NCBI GenBank assembly: GCA_016930555.1
Contig: JAFGGM010000054.1
Location: forward strand, 1-57,756
Length of the DNA stretch: 57,756 nucleotides
Direction: 5' to 3'
DNA from: Candidatus Bathyarchaeum sp.
GTDB lineage: Archaea; Thermoproteota; Bathyarchaeia; Bathyarchaeales; Bathyarchaeaceae
Shown: piece after piece, positions 35,993-45,941 of the stretch
Layout: each line of letters starts with the position of its first letter
Numbering within the stretch: position 1 is the first letter of the stretch
Position numbers and translations under genes: made by a program
Notes under the pieces: generated by a model
What the model was told of the DNA's origin: nothing
The model's input: only the letters and a program-made list of their open reading frames with translations
Database searches by the model: none

Positions 35993-36997
35993 ATGTGGGC
36001 GCTGATAACTCAAATCCTGCTAACAATAATCGCTGGGGGATTAGTTTCGGCTGGAATACTGGCAATACTAATTTGGGTAAGAACTCTGAACCGAAAACTT
36101 AGCATTCTACGCCTATTTGTTCAGATAGTAGCAACGGTCGCAATTTTTGTGACACTTCTTTTCTTGCCGCTTCCGTGGAACCCTATACTTTCTGGTCTCG
36201 TTTTCTCAATAGCATTAAGGCTAACAGCTATTTTTATCTTGATTATCGGCAGTACTCTCATTATTGGGCGTTTCTTCTGTGGATGGCTATGCCCCTTTGC
36301 CCTGTATATGGACCTTCTTACCCGCCTCAGAAAGGCGCTAAGGATACCTTACCTGAATCTTCCTGAAAAACTTAACAATGGTCTCAACATTCTCAGGTAT
36401 TTGCTTTTAGCTGCCATGCTGCTTATGGCTCTTGTCTTAGGTCCTCTAAATGCCGACTTGTGGCGTTTCATAATAATGTTTATGGGTCCATTCAAGTCTT
36501 TAATCATAGTTTTTTTGATTCCCGTGGAACCATACGTTACCCAAATAGGCGACGCTTTAGGATTCCCTGTTTGGGGTACCAGCTTTCATGACCTCAGCGG
36601 AACAATACACTACTTCAACGGCGACCAACTTATTCTCATCACATGGATTGTCTTTTTTGTATTCACAGCAGGCGCCTTCATGGTGAGGTTGCTTTGGTGC
36701 CGATTCTGTCCAGTAGGCGTAACATTATCTGTCCTGAACCGGTTTAAATTCTTCAAGTGGGTGCCCCTCCTTCGCATAAAGAAGATGGAAGAAAAATGCA
36801 CAAAATGTGGAATCTGCAAAAGAGTCTGCCCAACACAGGTCACAGAAGTATACGACCAAAAAGGAGGAAACATTGCCCCTTCAAAGTGTATGCTATGCAT
36901 CCGATGCGTAGAAATGTGCCCCTATGAAGACTGCCTGAAGCTGGACTTTGCTGGCAAAACAATCTATAAATCAAAAAACTGGTTAGAACCACAATAA
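35993..36997 (+). CDS. Membrane 4Fe-4S protein, NapH/MauN-like
   Basis: GRFFCGWLCP, WCRFCPVG, CTKCGICKRVCP, CMLCIRCVEMCP; multiple TMs. Confidence 0.88.
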   Translation: MWALITQILLTIIAGGLVSAGILAILIWVRTLNRKLSILRLFVQIVATVAIFVTLLFLPLPWNPILSGLVFSIALRLTAIFILIIGSTLIIGRFFCGWLCPFALYMDLLTRLRKALRIPYLNLPEKLNNGLNILRYLLLAAMLLMALVLGPLNADLWRFIIMFMGPFKSLIIVFLIPVEPYVTQIGDALGFPVWGTSFHDLSGTIHYFNGDQLILITWIVFFVFTAGAFMVRLLWCRFCPVGVTLSVLNRFKFFKWVPLLRIKKMEEKCTKCGICKRVCPTQVTEVYDQKGGNIAPSKCMLCIRCVEMCPYEDCLKLDFAGKTIYKSKNWLEPQ

Positions 36998-37011
36998 ATC
37001 CGTCAGTTTGT

Positions 37012-37326
37012 TTATGTCTTTTTTGATAGCGCCTTCAATGTTCCAGAGACACCCAACACATGAACAGCTTCAGCTTTACTATCTATGACCGTGGTTGAAG
37101 CAATGGCAGCTCTAACCTGCTCAAGAGCCTTGTGGGAACAACAAAGAACAATCTGTCCCTTCTCTGGACGCTTTCTTATCAATCTTACGTTTGCTTTGCT
37201 GGCGCCGTATTCGCCGAAGAGTCTGTGAATTGATGCTTGAACCGCATCGAGTACTGCCTCTTCACTGGGAAGCTGTTCGCCTACGACTGCTAGCGCCAAG
37301 TAACGTCTTTTTTCGCGTTTAAGCAT
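37012..37326 (-). CDS. rnp2: RNase P protein Pop5/Rpp14
   Basis: REKRRYL...LFGEYG...GVSGTLK. Confidence 0.9.
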   Translation of the reverse strand: MLKREKRRYLALAVVGEQLPSEEAVLDAVQASIHRLFGEYGASKANVRLIRKRPEKGQIVLCCSHKALEQVRAAIASTTVIDSKAEAVHVLGVSGTLKALSKKT

Positions 37327-38074
37327 CTCCTTGCCTTCCTAAAACGCGTATTCCCGGAGCCACATAATCCACACTTAATTTCTTTCTATTACGTTCAACT
37401 ATGCCCCACGGATTGTCTGACAGTGCCCCCAAAGCTGATGATGATCGCATGTCAAAGAGTGTTGTTAAGGCTGCATAGTCGTGGGCTCCTCTCATGAGCA
37501 ATCTCTCTGTGGCGCCACTAACAACTGTAACTGGCACCTTAAATCGTGTTGCCATCGCCACTTCCCTTCTTAGGCGGGACAGAAGGCGAACTCTAGAAAT
37601 ACTTGTTAACTGCAAAAGGGGAGCCAATTCAATTTCCAGGGATGCAAGAGCCTGTGATGCAAGCTCGGCTTCTGCTTCATCAAAAAATCTTTTGCGGAGG
37701 CTTGTAACCGAAAACTGCAGCAAATCCACTCGCCTGTCCTTGGCTGCCTGCCTAGCAACATCCTTTGTGTCACATCTTACGGCTATGACCTCAAATCTTC
37801 TTCGGTAACGCCGTAGACTCTGAAGAAGCTCATCAGAGTTTCTGGGAGCAAACGTCACTCTTGCAGCAAAATCCAGTTCTTCTTTACTACAGAGTCGTTT
37901 GAGCTGACTGATCTGTTCTTTGGTAACTTCAGATGGGAGAGGTATGGCAACTAGACCATAACCTAGCTCCGAGGCTTTCCTGAACATATTCTCTGTTTTG
38001 TTCATGTCTTCTATTGGTGCCCTAAGATTCAGGTCAGCGAACCGTCTCATGTTATCATCCCAATTTCTTTGCAA
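37319..38074 (-). CDS. rnp3: RNase P protein Rpp30
   Basis: FADLNL, ARQAAKDRRVDLL, VVSGA..LMR; adjacent to rnp2. Confidence 0.88.
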   Translation of the reverse strand: MQRNWDDNMRRFADLNLRAPIEDMNKTENMFRKASELGYGLVAIPLPSEVTKEQISQLKRLCSKEELDFAARVTFAPRNSDELLQSLRRYRRRFEVIAVRCDTKDVARQAAKDRRVDLLQFSVTSLRKRFFDEAEAELASQALASLEIELAPLLQLTSISRVRLLSRLRREVAMATRFKVPVTVVSGATERLLMRGAHDYAALTTLFDMRSSSALGALSDNPWGIVERNRKKLSVDYVAPGIRVLGRQGDA

Positions 38075-38490
38075 ACCGCTATCACGTCTTCGATTTTGGA
38101 TTTCCTGAATCTTATGCGTATGCGAATAGGGTCAGACGTGACAAGTTTAGTCTTACTTTTGAAGGCAGCCTGTTTGTCAAGTCTGATGTATAAACTGCCC
38201 TTCTCTGTGCAAAGATGTATTGTTCTCTCCAGTTCATCCTTATCCAAAACGCTGAGGTTGGCTGCAAGATGTTCAACCAGAGATTTGATTATTTTTTTGT
38301 CTTTGATTCTAGTTTCGAAGAAGGTTATGGGGTTGCCGTAATGACCCTCTAAGCTGCTTCGATTAAAGACTATCTCTTCAAGATATTCATTTGGCAAAAT
38401 ATTCTGAACTGCCTCCAATACCTTATCCAAGTCTTCTGTGGCGTGGGCACAGAAACGAAAATCAACATAAGCTATAGGCAGCTGAGACAA
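38047..38490 (-). CDS. RNA-binding protein of the exosome/RNase P gene cluster (COG1325-like)
   Basis: HATEDLDKV, EGHYGNPI, LYIRLDKQAA. Confidence 0.88.
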   Translation of the reverse strand: MSQLPIAYVDFRFCAHATEDLDKVLEAVQNILPNEYLEEIVFNRSSLEGHYGNPITFFETRIKDKKIIKSLVEHLAANLSVLDKDELERTIHLCTEKGSLYIRLDKQAAFKSKTKLVTSDPIRIRIRFRKSKIEDVIAVCKEIGMIT

Positions 38491-38608
38491 AACCTACCTC
38501 ACACTCTTTCTGAACTCTATTACACACAACTTGATATAGCTATCTCAAACACAACATAAGCAAACAAAAAGGAAAGAATGGTTGTTGAGTGCCTCCAATA
38601 AACAGAGA

Positions 38609-39172
38609 CTACTGCTTGATTCTTCTTTTCATAACTGCATTGCGGCTTGGTCGGAATTTCTCTGCTCCCAATCCTCTGTTGCGGAGTCCCCGCACTTCTC
38701 TGCCTGCGCTAGTTATTCCACGGAATGCTCGTCCTGTCTGGTCTGCTATTGGATGATCAGGAAGAATTGCTGGGTCAACCAAAATGATTTCGTACCATTT
38801 GAAGCGGCCATCTTCCCAAACCCAATATGAGTTTAGAACTTCCAAGTTCGGGAACTTTCTGGCTGCCCGCTCCTCAGCGATTAATCTCATGTTTTTGGAA
38901 AGTTTGATTTTGTTTACTCCCAACCGTTTCTGTCTGCGTCCGCCAGTTGGTCTTGTTTTTCTGAAGCCAGAACGTCTGACCCGCACCCGAGCCAAAACAA
39001 TGCCCTGTTTGGCTTTGTAGCCAAGGTTTCTTGCTCTGTCCAGTCGGGTTGGTCTTTCGATTCTTACAATAGAGTCTTGTTTGCGCCAAGTTATGGCTCT
39101 ATGCCACATTAGCTCCTTGACAAAGGATTCATTCGGCTTTTTCCACGCCTTTGCAATATACTTGTATGCCAT
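38609..39172 (-). CDS. rpl15e: 50S ribosomal protein eL15
   Basis: [42 protein letters not shown]. Confidence 0.97.
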   Translation of the reverse strand: MAYKYIAKAWKKPNESFVKELMWHRAITWRKQDSIVRIERPTRLDRARNLGYKAKQGIVLARVRVRRSGFRKTRPTGGRRQKRLGVNKIKLSKNMRLIAEERAARKFPNLEVLNSYWVWEDGRFKWYEIILVDPAILPDHPIADQTGRAFRGITSAGREVRGLRNRGLGAEKFRPSRNAVMKRRIKQ

Positions 39173-39190
39173 ATTTCATTCCTCTCATTC

Positions 39191-39230
39191 GTTCGGTTCA
39201 ACCCTATGTAGGGTCACATCCCATAGGAAC
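39191..39230 (-). promoter_or_regulatory. Candidate structured 5' leader of rpl15e
   Basis: Sense strand GTTC-CTATGGGATGTG-ACCCT-ACAT-AGGGT-TGAACC-GAAC forms a nested stem-loop just before the RBS. Confidence 0.45.
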
Positions 39231-39393
39231 TTGTAGCAAAAGAAACAAAGACAGTTAATAAACCTTTTCCGCACACTTTGGGACTTTTATGTGTACTTTC
39301 GGGGGCTTCTCTATTTTTTTCTGAATAACATTAAACCGTCTATTGTTGTTGTAACATATTCGAATCCGGATTGTACTAATGCTTTTATCATGA

Positions 39394-39819
39394 TTAGACA
39401 ACAGCGGATAAGATTGAGATAATTACAAGTGGTAATCCCGTAAACATAAGCAGAAGTCCTGTTGAAATTTGGTTTTCACGAAATTCTGTTCGTTGCTTTG
39501 ACAGTTTTTCGGTAACATAAGCTGTAGAAGGAGCTTTTGCTGATTGAATTCTGCCTTCTGCATATCCGCCCGCAAGCATGGCACCGGTTCCAATTATCAA
39601 AGCCCCTTCGATAAACAATAAGGAACTTAAAGTTGTTTTTTCTTCATTTCCAAAAATCCATGCTGCAGTTAACCTGATTTGAGTGCCATAAAGAACTACT
39701 GCAATTAGGTCAATAACAAATATCAAGACGTTAAAAAACACTATTATGGTTATGGCTTTTTTCCACCCTGATATATTCTTCAATTGAATAAACACAACTG
39801 AGCGCGTGCTCATAATCAA
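39394..39819 (-). CDS. Hypothetical membrane protein
   Basis: Three hydrophobic segments. Confidence 0.65.
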   Translation of the reverse strand: MIMSTRSVVFIQLKNISGWKKAITIIVFFNVLIFVIDLIAVVLYGTQIRLTAAWIFGNEEKTTLSSLLFIEGALIIGTGAMLAGGYAEGRIQSAKAPSTAYVTEKLSKQRTEFRENQISTGLLLMFTGLPLVIISILSAVV

Positions 39820-40120
39820 CTAGAATTGGGTATGGATTTAATTTTTATGACGTATTACTTTCATCAAAATCTTTTGTAATCTGCCCAGAACCCCACGCAA
39901 ACGAATTAAAAATTTGATAGTACACATTTGGGTTTGGGAGTTAAATTCTAATTCCATAACTATGAAAAACAAATTCTAATTAGTTCTAGAATTATGCACC
40001 ATAGCTCTTTATAGCATAGATTTAACAATAGATTATTGGGGAAAGTAGAAATCAGAAGTTAGATTTCGGATTGCGGGAGAATAGTGGAGACATTGCCACT
40101 TCACTTGGAATAAACCTTTT

Positions 40121-40795
40121 TCAAGCTTTGTTCACAAGCTTAACTTCTTTGATTGTGAGGACTCCACTGTTGTTTTCATAGCTTGTTTCAGAGTCTACTA
40201 TTTGGAGGCGTTTTTTGTAGATTGGAGCATCCAGAACTAGTGACTCATATTCTCCCCCTTCGCCCACCAAACTAATCTGATATTTTTCGTGGAGTTCCAC
40301 AAGCTTCTCTAGTGTTTCTGTGTTTATTTCTCGCCCCAGCCACGTTTGATCCAAACCGTAAGCATACACTCCAACCAGTATGACCCTGAATTTGAGGCGA
40401 ATCAAATCTTTCATTATTTCCAGCGCGTCTTGATGCCAAAGGGGAGCAATAGACTTGAGTCCCAACTCATCGCATAATCGGTCGATTCGTTCTTTCTGGT
40501 ATGTAGACTGCACCGCTCCAGTTACTACTCCATCCACGTCAAGGGACGCAAGCAATTTCTTGAGGTCTTCAAGTTCCTTCTCTTTTATTCCAGAGGTTTC
40601 AGCTTTAACCAACGGAATCTCAAGCGTCCTAGCTATATAGTCTGTCAAATGAATGTTGGGAACATGGAACATGTAGCTATCAGAGCGTTTGGGAAGCATG
40701 GTAGCTAAGATTTCTATGGTGTGCCCTATCTGCTGGGCTTGATAAAGAGCAAGAATCGAATCCTTTCCCCCAGTAATTAATGCTGCCAACCGCAA
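40121..40795 (-). CDS. dph6: Diphthine-ammonia ligase (Dph6 family)
   Basis: TGGKDS, DSYMFH, GAVQSTYQ, PLWH, GEGGEYESLVLDAP. Confidence 0.88.
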   Translation of the reverse strand: MRLAALITGGKDSILALYQAQQIGHTIEILATMLPKRSDSYMFHVPNIHLTDYIARTLEIPLVKAETSGIKEKELEDLKKLLASLDVDGVVTGAVQSTYQKERIDRLCDELGLKSIAPLWHQDALEIMKDLIRLKFRVILVGVYAYGLDQTWLGREINTETLEKLVELHEKYQISLVGEGGEYESLVLDAPIYKKRLQIVDSETSYENNSGVLTIKEVKLVNKA

Positions 40796-40826
40796 CTTCT
40801 ATGCACTCTACTGTTCGCTTTTCAGT

Positions 40827-42185
40827 TCACATATTCTTTGCTTTCTCAACTATCTGTCTGGTCTTTTCTTCCCACTCTGCAAGTCCTTCAGGTGAAGGTG
40901 GATAATTCCTATGCAGTTCCTTGGTTTCTGTCATGAGTTTAGCGGTGGTATTCAACTTTCTTAGAAGAGACAAACATCCAACTCCTTTGAAGAGTCTGCT
41001 AGTTTTCTCAGTTATATTCAGTTTCAGGTCTTCGCCCATGCTTGCCTTAAGTAAGTCATCGTCAGTGATCAGGTGGTGCTGCATTCCATAATTCATTTCC
41101 TTGTTGGTCAACCGTTGAAGAAGCATACGGAAAACGTCCAACCCAGCCTGTTTTGCGCCATAAAATTCCATGAACATGCCAGTGTATGGCCAAAGAACCT
41201 CTCTGCTCACATCCCCCTTCTCCAAGGCGCCTACGATGACTTCTGCAGCTTTTACTCCCCCCATCATCGAGGAACCTATTCCACCCCCGTGAATCGGATT
41301 AACTTGGCAAGCAGCATCGCCAATAATTATGATTCCGTTTGCTACCATGGGACTTATGGGTCTTCGGGTAGGAACAAGACCTCCCCCGCCAGTTAACAGC
41401 TGTGAATCTTTAAAAAGCGTCATAGATAAAACATATTCATGATACAGTTGCTTCGGATTAGGGAAACCTTTGGTCATGGCTACACCTAAACCTGCATTAA
41501 CTATGTTTGAGTTTTTGGGAAAAATCCAGCAGTACCCTCCTGGAAACCGCTGCAGATCAAGGTAGATTTTACAGTATCCAGGCTCCGAAATCTGCTCTTT
41601 TACTTCGCGGATTTCGCGGTAACAAATCTCCACATCCTCATCTGCAACTTCTGCTTCTATGCCAAATTCTGGAGGAAGCTTTTTTCTTAAAACTGCTGAA
41701 TGTCCACTTGCATCCACAACTACCTGAGCACGTATTTCATTCTTTTCGCCAGTTACTGTGTCCTTAACTGAGACGCCAGCGACAAAATCGTCGTTTATGA
41801 TTGGATTTGTTACCATGATGGAGTCCATCAGGGTTGCTCCCGTATCTTTTGCTTCTTTCAATAGTCTTTGACCAAAAAGTTGACGATTAACTAGATATCC
41901 GTGGACGCCCTCCCCCTGAACAGTGACGATGGTTTCCATGTCAGGTGAATAAACTTTAATTCCGTCTATTTTTTGCTCCAGTTCCTTTCCTGAGGGAGGA
42001 GCCAGCTTTATGTTATCAAAATGATGCTTTCCTATGGCGTCCCCACAGACTTTGTCTCCTATCTTCTGCTCTGGCTTCTGATCGATCATGCAGACTTTAA
42101 GTCCCGCTTTGGCAACAGTTTTGGCTGTCAAGCAGCCTCCTGTTCCAGCGCCTACAACTATAACATCAAATTTATTCAATGGCAT
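40827..42185 (-). CDS. Geranylgeranyl reductase (DGGGPL reductase family)
   Basis: VVGAGTGG, KVCGD, GYCWIFPK, GDAACQVNPIHGGGI. Confidence 0.92.
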   Translation of the reverse strand: MPLNKFDVIVVGAGTGGCLTAKTVAKAGLKVCMIDQKPEQKIGDKVCGDAIGKHHFDNIKLAPPSGKELEQKIDGIKVYSPDMETIVTVQGEGVHGYLVNRQLFGQRLLKEAKDTGATLMDSIMVTNPIINDDFVAGVSVKDTVTGEKNEIRAQVVVDASGHSAVLRKKLPPEFGIEAEVADEDVEICYREIREVKEQISEPGYCKIYLDLQRFPGGYCWIFPKNSNIVNAGLGVAMTKGFPNPKQLYHEYVLSMTLFKDSQLLTGGGGLVPTRRPISPMVANGIIIIGDAACQVNPIHGGGIGSSMMGGVKAAEVIVGALEKGDVSREVLWPYTGMFMEFYGAKQAGLDVFRMLLQRLTNKEMNYGMQHHLITDDDLLKASMGEDLKLNITEKTSRLFKGVGCLSLLRKLNTTAKLMTETKELHRNYPPSPEGLAEWEEKTRQIVEKAKNM

Positions 42186-42360
42186 TCTTCTCCAGCTTCT
42201 AGTTTGTTATTCTGCCTGAAAAGGGCTTCATAACTCTTGCGATGTTTAAGGAAAATCGTGACGGATTAAATTAAGGTTTTTAGCTGGTCAAGGGCTCATA
42301 GAAACGGTTTCAGTTGAGTTGTAAATTGTGCCCAAGTGGTTGCCTAACTGAGAAACTATG

Positions 42361-43242
42361 TTAAGATAAGCAGTTTTCGTCGCACTTGTTTGCTTTGAAT
42401 TTGTCCCAGCAATGTACTATGTCCCTCATCAGCTCTGGCTGCAAATCATAGAAAACATTTATTCTTCCTTCTGGGAAGAACATTCTAATGCTAATCTCTC
42501 GCCCAAGCCTGTCCATGCTTAGCATACTTGCCTCAGGCTTCTTTGGTAGAATATCCTTGTATTTTTCGTAGAATTTGTTAATTGTTGGCTTAATACAGTC
42601 TTCAATCATCTGTTTGTTTGTTCTGTGGTCTAGATGTGGAAATCCCATTTTGAAGGAGTAGTCGATTAAATTCTTCCTTCCAGAGTAGTTGATTATGATG
42701 CTATCTAACACTTTCTTGTTGGGTATCTCTGTGATGTTGTATGTTGGCGTGTAGATTTTGGTGTAATTGATGGTTATCTCTTTAACTTCGCCCTCAACAT
42801 CTCCTATTTTCACGTAGTCCCTAACCATGAACGGTCTGGAAATCATGATGTAAAAACCCGCCAGGAAGTTACCTAATGTTTGAGTTGATGCAAAGCCTAT
42901 GGCTGTTCCTGTTAAAGCTCCACCTGCAAGAAACAAATCAGTAGGCACATTGAATAGAACCAAAACCGAAATTAAGGCGCCTGTAGCGACAAGCAATCTA
43001 ACAACCAACTTCAGAATGTTGATTGCATGAGGCTCCATATTTACCCGTTTTCCATACTTGCCTATTGACCTGCGAAGAACCTTGTCAAGAATAAAAGCAA
43101 CAACAAGTATAATTATTAATATACCAAAATCAAGTAGCAACTCTTCTGTTGGTGTTAATTGACCAAATATTTTGGTCCAAAATCCTTCATTTACTGTTGA
43201 GTTGTCTGCTGTTAGAAACATGGGAACTTTGGTACACTCCAT
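42361..43242 (-). CDS. MscS-family mechanosensitive channel
   Basis: AIGFASTQTLGNFLAG...RPF..DYVKIG..GEV..I...T.I.T..IPN. Confidence 0.9.
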   Translation of the reverse strand: MECTKVPMFLTADNSTVNEGFWTKIFGQLTPTEELLLDFGILIIILVVAFILDKVLRRSIGKYGKRVNMEPHAINILKLVVRLLVATGALISVLVLFNVPTDLFLAGGALTGTAIGFASTQTLGNFLAGFYIMISRPFMVRDYVKIGDVEGEVKEITINYTKIYTPTYNITEIPNKKVLDSIIINYSGRKNLIDYSFKMGFPHLDHRTNKQMIEDCIKPTINKFYEKYKDILPKKPEASMLSMDRLGREISIRMFFPEGRINVFYDLQPELMRDIVHCWDKFKANKCDENCLS

Positions 43243-43372
43243 TTATGGAGGAGATTGTGAGATTTTAGTTAAACAAAAACCTTTCTATACCCCTACAAAA
43301 TGCGTACAAGAAAAGAAAGCAATAATTAAGACCTAGCAAATCACAAACTTGACCTAGAAGAGAGATAAAGAC

Positions 43373-43693
43373 ATGCCAGAAACGCTTCGAGTAAAAACAT
43401 GGCAACAATTCAAGGAGTTAGCCCACGAAAAGAATGCAAAAACTGTTGTTTATGTTATCGCCCAGAGTGTTCCAGCTAGAAACCACACTGGACTAAAACT
43501 TATCTTACCTTTTGCTGGTGGTCAGTATATATTCACTGATACAGCTAAAGGCGATAAAATGAGAAGAACAAGAATATCCGTCCGTACTGACAGCAAAGGA
43601 AACCATTTCCTCACAGACCAAGATATAATAAACTTTCTTAAAACAAATCTGGAAATTAACGGACTAAAAATTTTTTCATACTGGACAGCTTAA
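43373..43693 (+). CDS. Hypothetical protein
   Basis: 106-aa ORF filling the gap, normal composition. Confidence 0.65.
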   Translation: MPETLRVKTWQQFKELAHEKNAKTVVYVIAQSVPARNHTGLKLILPFAGGQYIFTDTAKGDKMRRTRISVRTDSKGNHFLTDQDIINFLKTNLEINGLKIFSYWTA

Positions 43694-43741
43694 AAAATCT
43701 GCCGTTTTCAAGAATAATTGAGTAATAAAAAAGGTTGGTTG

Positions 43742-43762
43742 TCGGGTCGATAATTGACCCGA
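43742..43762 (-). terminator. Hairpin after the glnA operon
   Basis: TCGGGTC-N7-GACCCGA followed on the minus strand by CCTTTTT. Confidence 0.5.
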
Positions 43763-43807
43763 TTATGTTACTTTCTGTTTGATATTGTTTCGTGCAGTTG
43801 GTATTAG

Positions 43808-44068
43808 CTAAGGAATGAACATCGATAGTAAAGTTTCTGTGCGAACTACGCTGGGATGTGCCTCAATCATCTCGTAGATAATATGTGTCAATTGCTCGGA
43901 ATTGTCTGCTTCTATTATTGCTATTGCATCGAATCTTCCCAGAACAGAATTGGCCAGCGTTACGCCCTTTATCTTTCTGGATTGTACGATCTCCTCTGAT
44001 GTTCCAGGTCTCATAGTCAAGAGTACGAAGGCTCTGATTTTTTTGCTGCGGAGATCTTTTGTAGCCAT
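43808..44068 (-). CDS. Stand-alone Lrp/AsnC ligand-binding (RAM) domain protein 2
   Basis: AFVLL...SVLGRFDAIAIIEA...VVRTETL; no HTH. Confidence 0.88.
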   Translation of the reverse strand: MATKDLRSKKIRAFVLLTMRPGTSEEIVQSRKIKGVTLANSVLGRFDAIAIIEADNSEQLTHIIYEMIEAHPSVVRTETLLSMFIP

Positions 44069-44084
44069 TGTGTTTCTCTCCTCT

Positions 44085-44315
44085 CTAGAAGAGCGTGATT
44101 GCAGTTTCGGTGTGGACGATGTTGGGGTCCTTCTCGATTACTTTGTATACGAACTCATTAAGTGTTTCTAAGTCTGGAGCTTCTAAGACAACTATGACGT
44201 CATGTCTGCCGTACACAGAGTCGGCATGTAGAACGTTTTCGAACCGCATTCGGATGGCTTTAACTACATCTTCAGATGTTCCAGGTCGAGTTTCAATTAG
44301 CAGGTATGCTTTCAT
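44085..44315 (-). CDS. Stand-alone Lrp/AsnC ligand-binding (RAM) domain protein 1
   Basis: MKAYLLI...SVYGRHDVIVVLEA...IVHTETAI; no HTH. Confidence 0.88.
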   Translation of the reverse strand: MKAYLLIETRPGTSEDVVKAIRMRFENVLHADSVYGRHDVIVVLEAPDLETLNEFVYKVIEKDPNIVHTETAITLF

Positions 44316-44343
44316 GCTTATTCACCTCTCCATATTTTACAGT

Positions 44344-45813
44344 TTAATAGTCTAGATATTTCATTATTTCCCACGGAGTGACATAGAGGCAGTACTGGTT
44401 CCAGTCTTTGGTCTTGTAGTCAATGAAGGCATCGAATATGTGACTGCCAAGTGCCTTATGAACAACCTCATCGCTCTGCATAGACTCTAGAGCATCCCTC
44501 AATGTTGTAGGCAACTCTTTGATGCCTAATGCACGTCTTCTTTCAGAGCTCAACTCGTAAACGTCTTCGTCAATTGGGTCTCCTGGATCAATTTTATTCT
44601 TTATTCCATCAAGTCCAGCCATGAGTATACACGCAAGTGATAGGTACGAGTTACATGATGGATCAGCAGCACGTAACTCAGCTCGTTTGGCTGCAGCATG
44701 TTCTGGACCTTTAAAGTATACAGGAACACGTACCATAGCTGACCGGTTGCGGCGGGACCACATTATGAAAATGGGTGCTTCAAAACCTGGTACAAGTCTC
44801 TTGTAGGAGTTTACTGTTGGGCAGTTTATTGCGGTTATGGCTCTAGCGTGTTCTAACAATCCTCCAATGAAGTATCTGCCTGTCTGACTCATTTCGGCAT
44901 ATTCGTCAGCTTCATCATACATCGCATTCGTCTTTCCCTTCCACAGGGATGCGTGAACGTGCATGCCGCTGGCATTGTCAAGGTAAACTGGTTTAGGCAT
45001 GAAAGTTGCAATCAATCCATGCTTCTTTGCGATGTTTTTGGCTACGAACTTGTAGTAGAGTGTTCGGTCAGCGGTTTTCACCAATTCGCCATATTTGAAG
45101 TCGATTTCAATTTGTCCTGCAGTGGCGACTTCGTGGTGGTGCATTTCGATTTCTGTGTCAAAGTTTTCTTCTAGCAGTGTAGCAACTTCGTTTCGGTACT
45201 CAACAGTTGTGTCTTCTGGTGGCGGTCTGAAGTATGCTTCTTTTGGCCTTAATATATGAGCCCCTGGAGTGGTTTCTGGCGATTTTGGTACAACTCGGGG
45301 CGCTCCCCATGAGTCTCCTGCACCACCTTTCGGGCTAACCCACATGTCCCAGACAAGGTTTGTTGGATCAATAGAGCTGAAGACGAAGTATTCTAGTTCT
45401 GGACCGAAAAAACCTGTGTATCCCATGTCTGCTGCTGCTTGGACCGCTCTTTTAGCTACGTATCCTCTTGGGTCTACGTCAGAAGCTTCTGTGCCTCCAT
45501 AGGCTTCATAGACGTCTCCTAGGATTATAGCACTTTTCTGCATATCGTCGGTTGTCCATGGTATAATTGCTAGTGTGTCAGGGTTTGGTTTGAGGATCAT
45601 GTCTGATTCTTCGATGGTTTTGAATCCCCGTACTGATGATCCGTCAAAACCGATGCCTGCGGTTAGTGCTTGTCCCTCCGTGTAGTGTCTTGCGGGTAGC
45701 ACTACGTCCTGCATCAGACCTCGGATGTCTACGAAGGCTGTGTGTACCCACCTGATTTTGTTTTTCTTTAGTGTTTCTCTGGCTTTTGTAATAGCCTCCA
45801 TGTTATTCACCAT
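44344..45813 (-). CDS. glnA: Glutamine synthetase type I
   Basis: FDGSS, GPELE, HHEVATAGQIE, TFMPKP..NASGMHVH, NSYKRLVPGFEAP, RNRS, ELRAADP. Confidence 0.97.
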   Translation of the reverse strand: MVNNMEAITKARETLKKNKIRWVHTAFVDIRGLMQDVVLPARHYTEGQALTAGIGFDGSSVRGFKTIEESDMILKPNPDTLAIIPWTTDDMQKSAIILGDVYEAYGGTEASDVDPRGYVAKRAVQAAADMGYTGFFGPELEYFVFSSIDPTNLVWDMWVSPKGGAGDSWGAPRVVPKSPETTPGAHILRPKEAYFRPPPEDTTVEYRNEVATLLEENFDTEIEMHHHEVATAGQIEIDFKYGELVKTADRTLYYKFVAKNIAKKHGLIATFMPKPVYLDNASGMHVHASLWKGKTNAMYDEADEYAEMSQTGRYFIGGLLEHARAITAINCPTVNSYKRLVPGFEAPIFIMWSRRNRSAMVRVPVYFKGPEHAAAKRAELRAADPSCNSYLSLACILMAGLDGIKNKIDPGDPIDEDVYELSSERRRALGIKELPTTLRDALESMQSDEVVHKALGSHIFDAFIDYKTKDWNQYCLYVTPWEIMKYLDY

Positions 45814-45831
45814 TCATTCAACTTAACTTGA

Positions 45832-45915
45832 GAATATTACAAGTTTGTATATAAATGTTTCTAACATGTTGAAGGAAAGCTTATATACATCTTCTGTTAA
45901 TGAACAAGTATTCAT
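45832..45915 (-). promoter_or_regulatory. glnA promoter with TGAA-N6-TTCA site (divergent from lrp)
   Basis: 45843-60 is the reverse complement of AAACATTTATATACAAAC; ATGAA-CAAGTA-TTCAT at 45900-15. Confidence 0.7.
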
Positions 45916-45941
45916 GTTAAGACAAAAACCTAAAATTTGTT

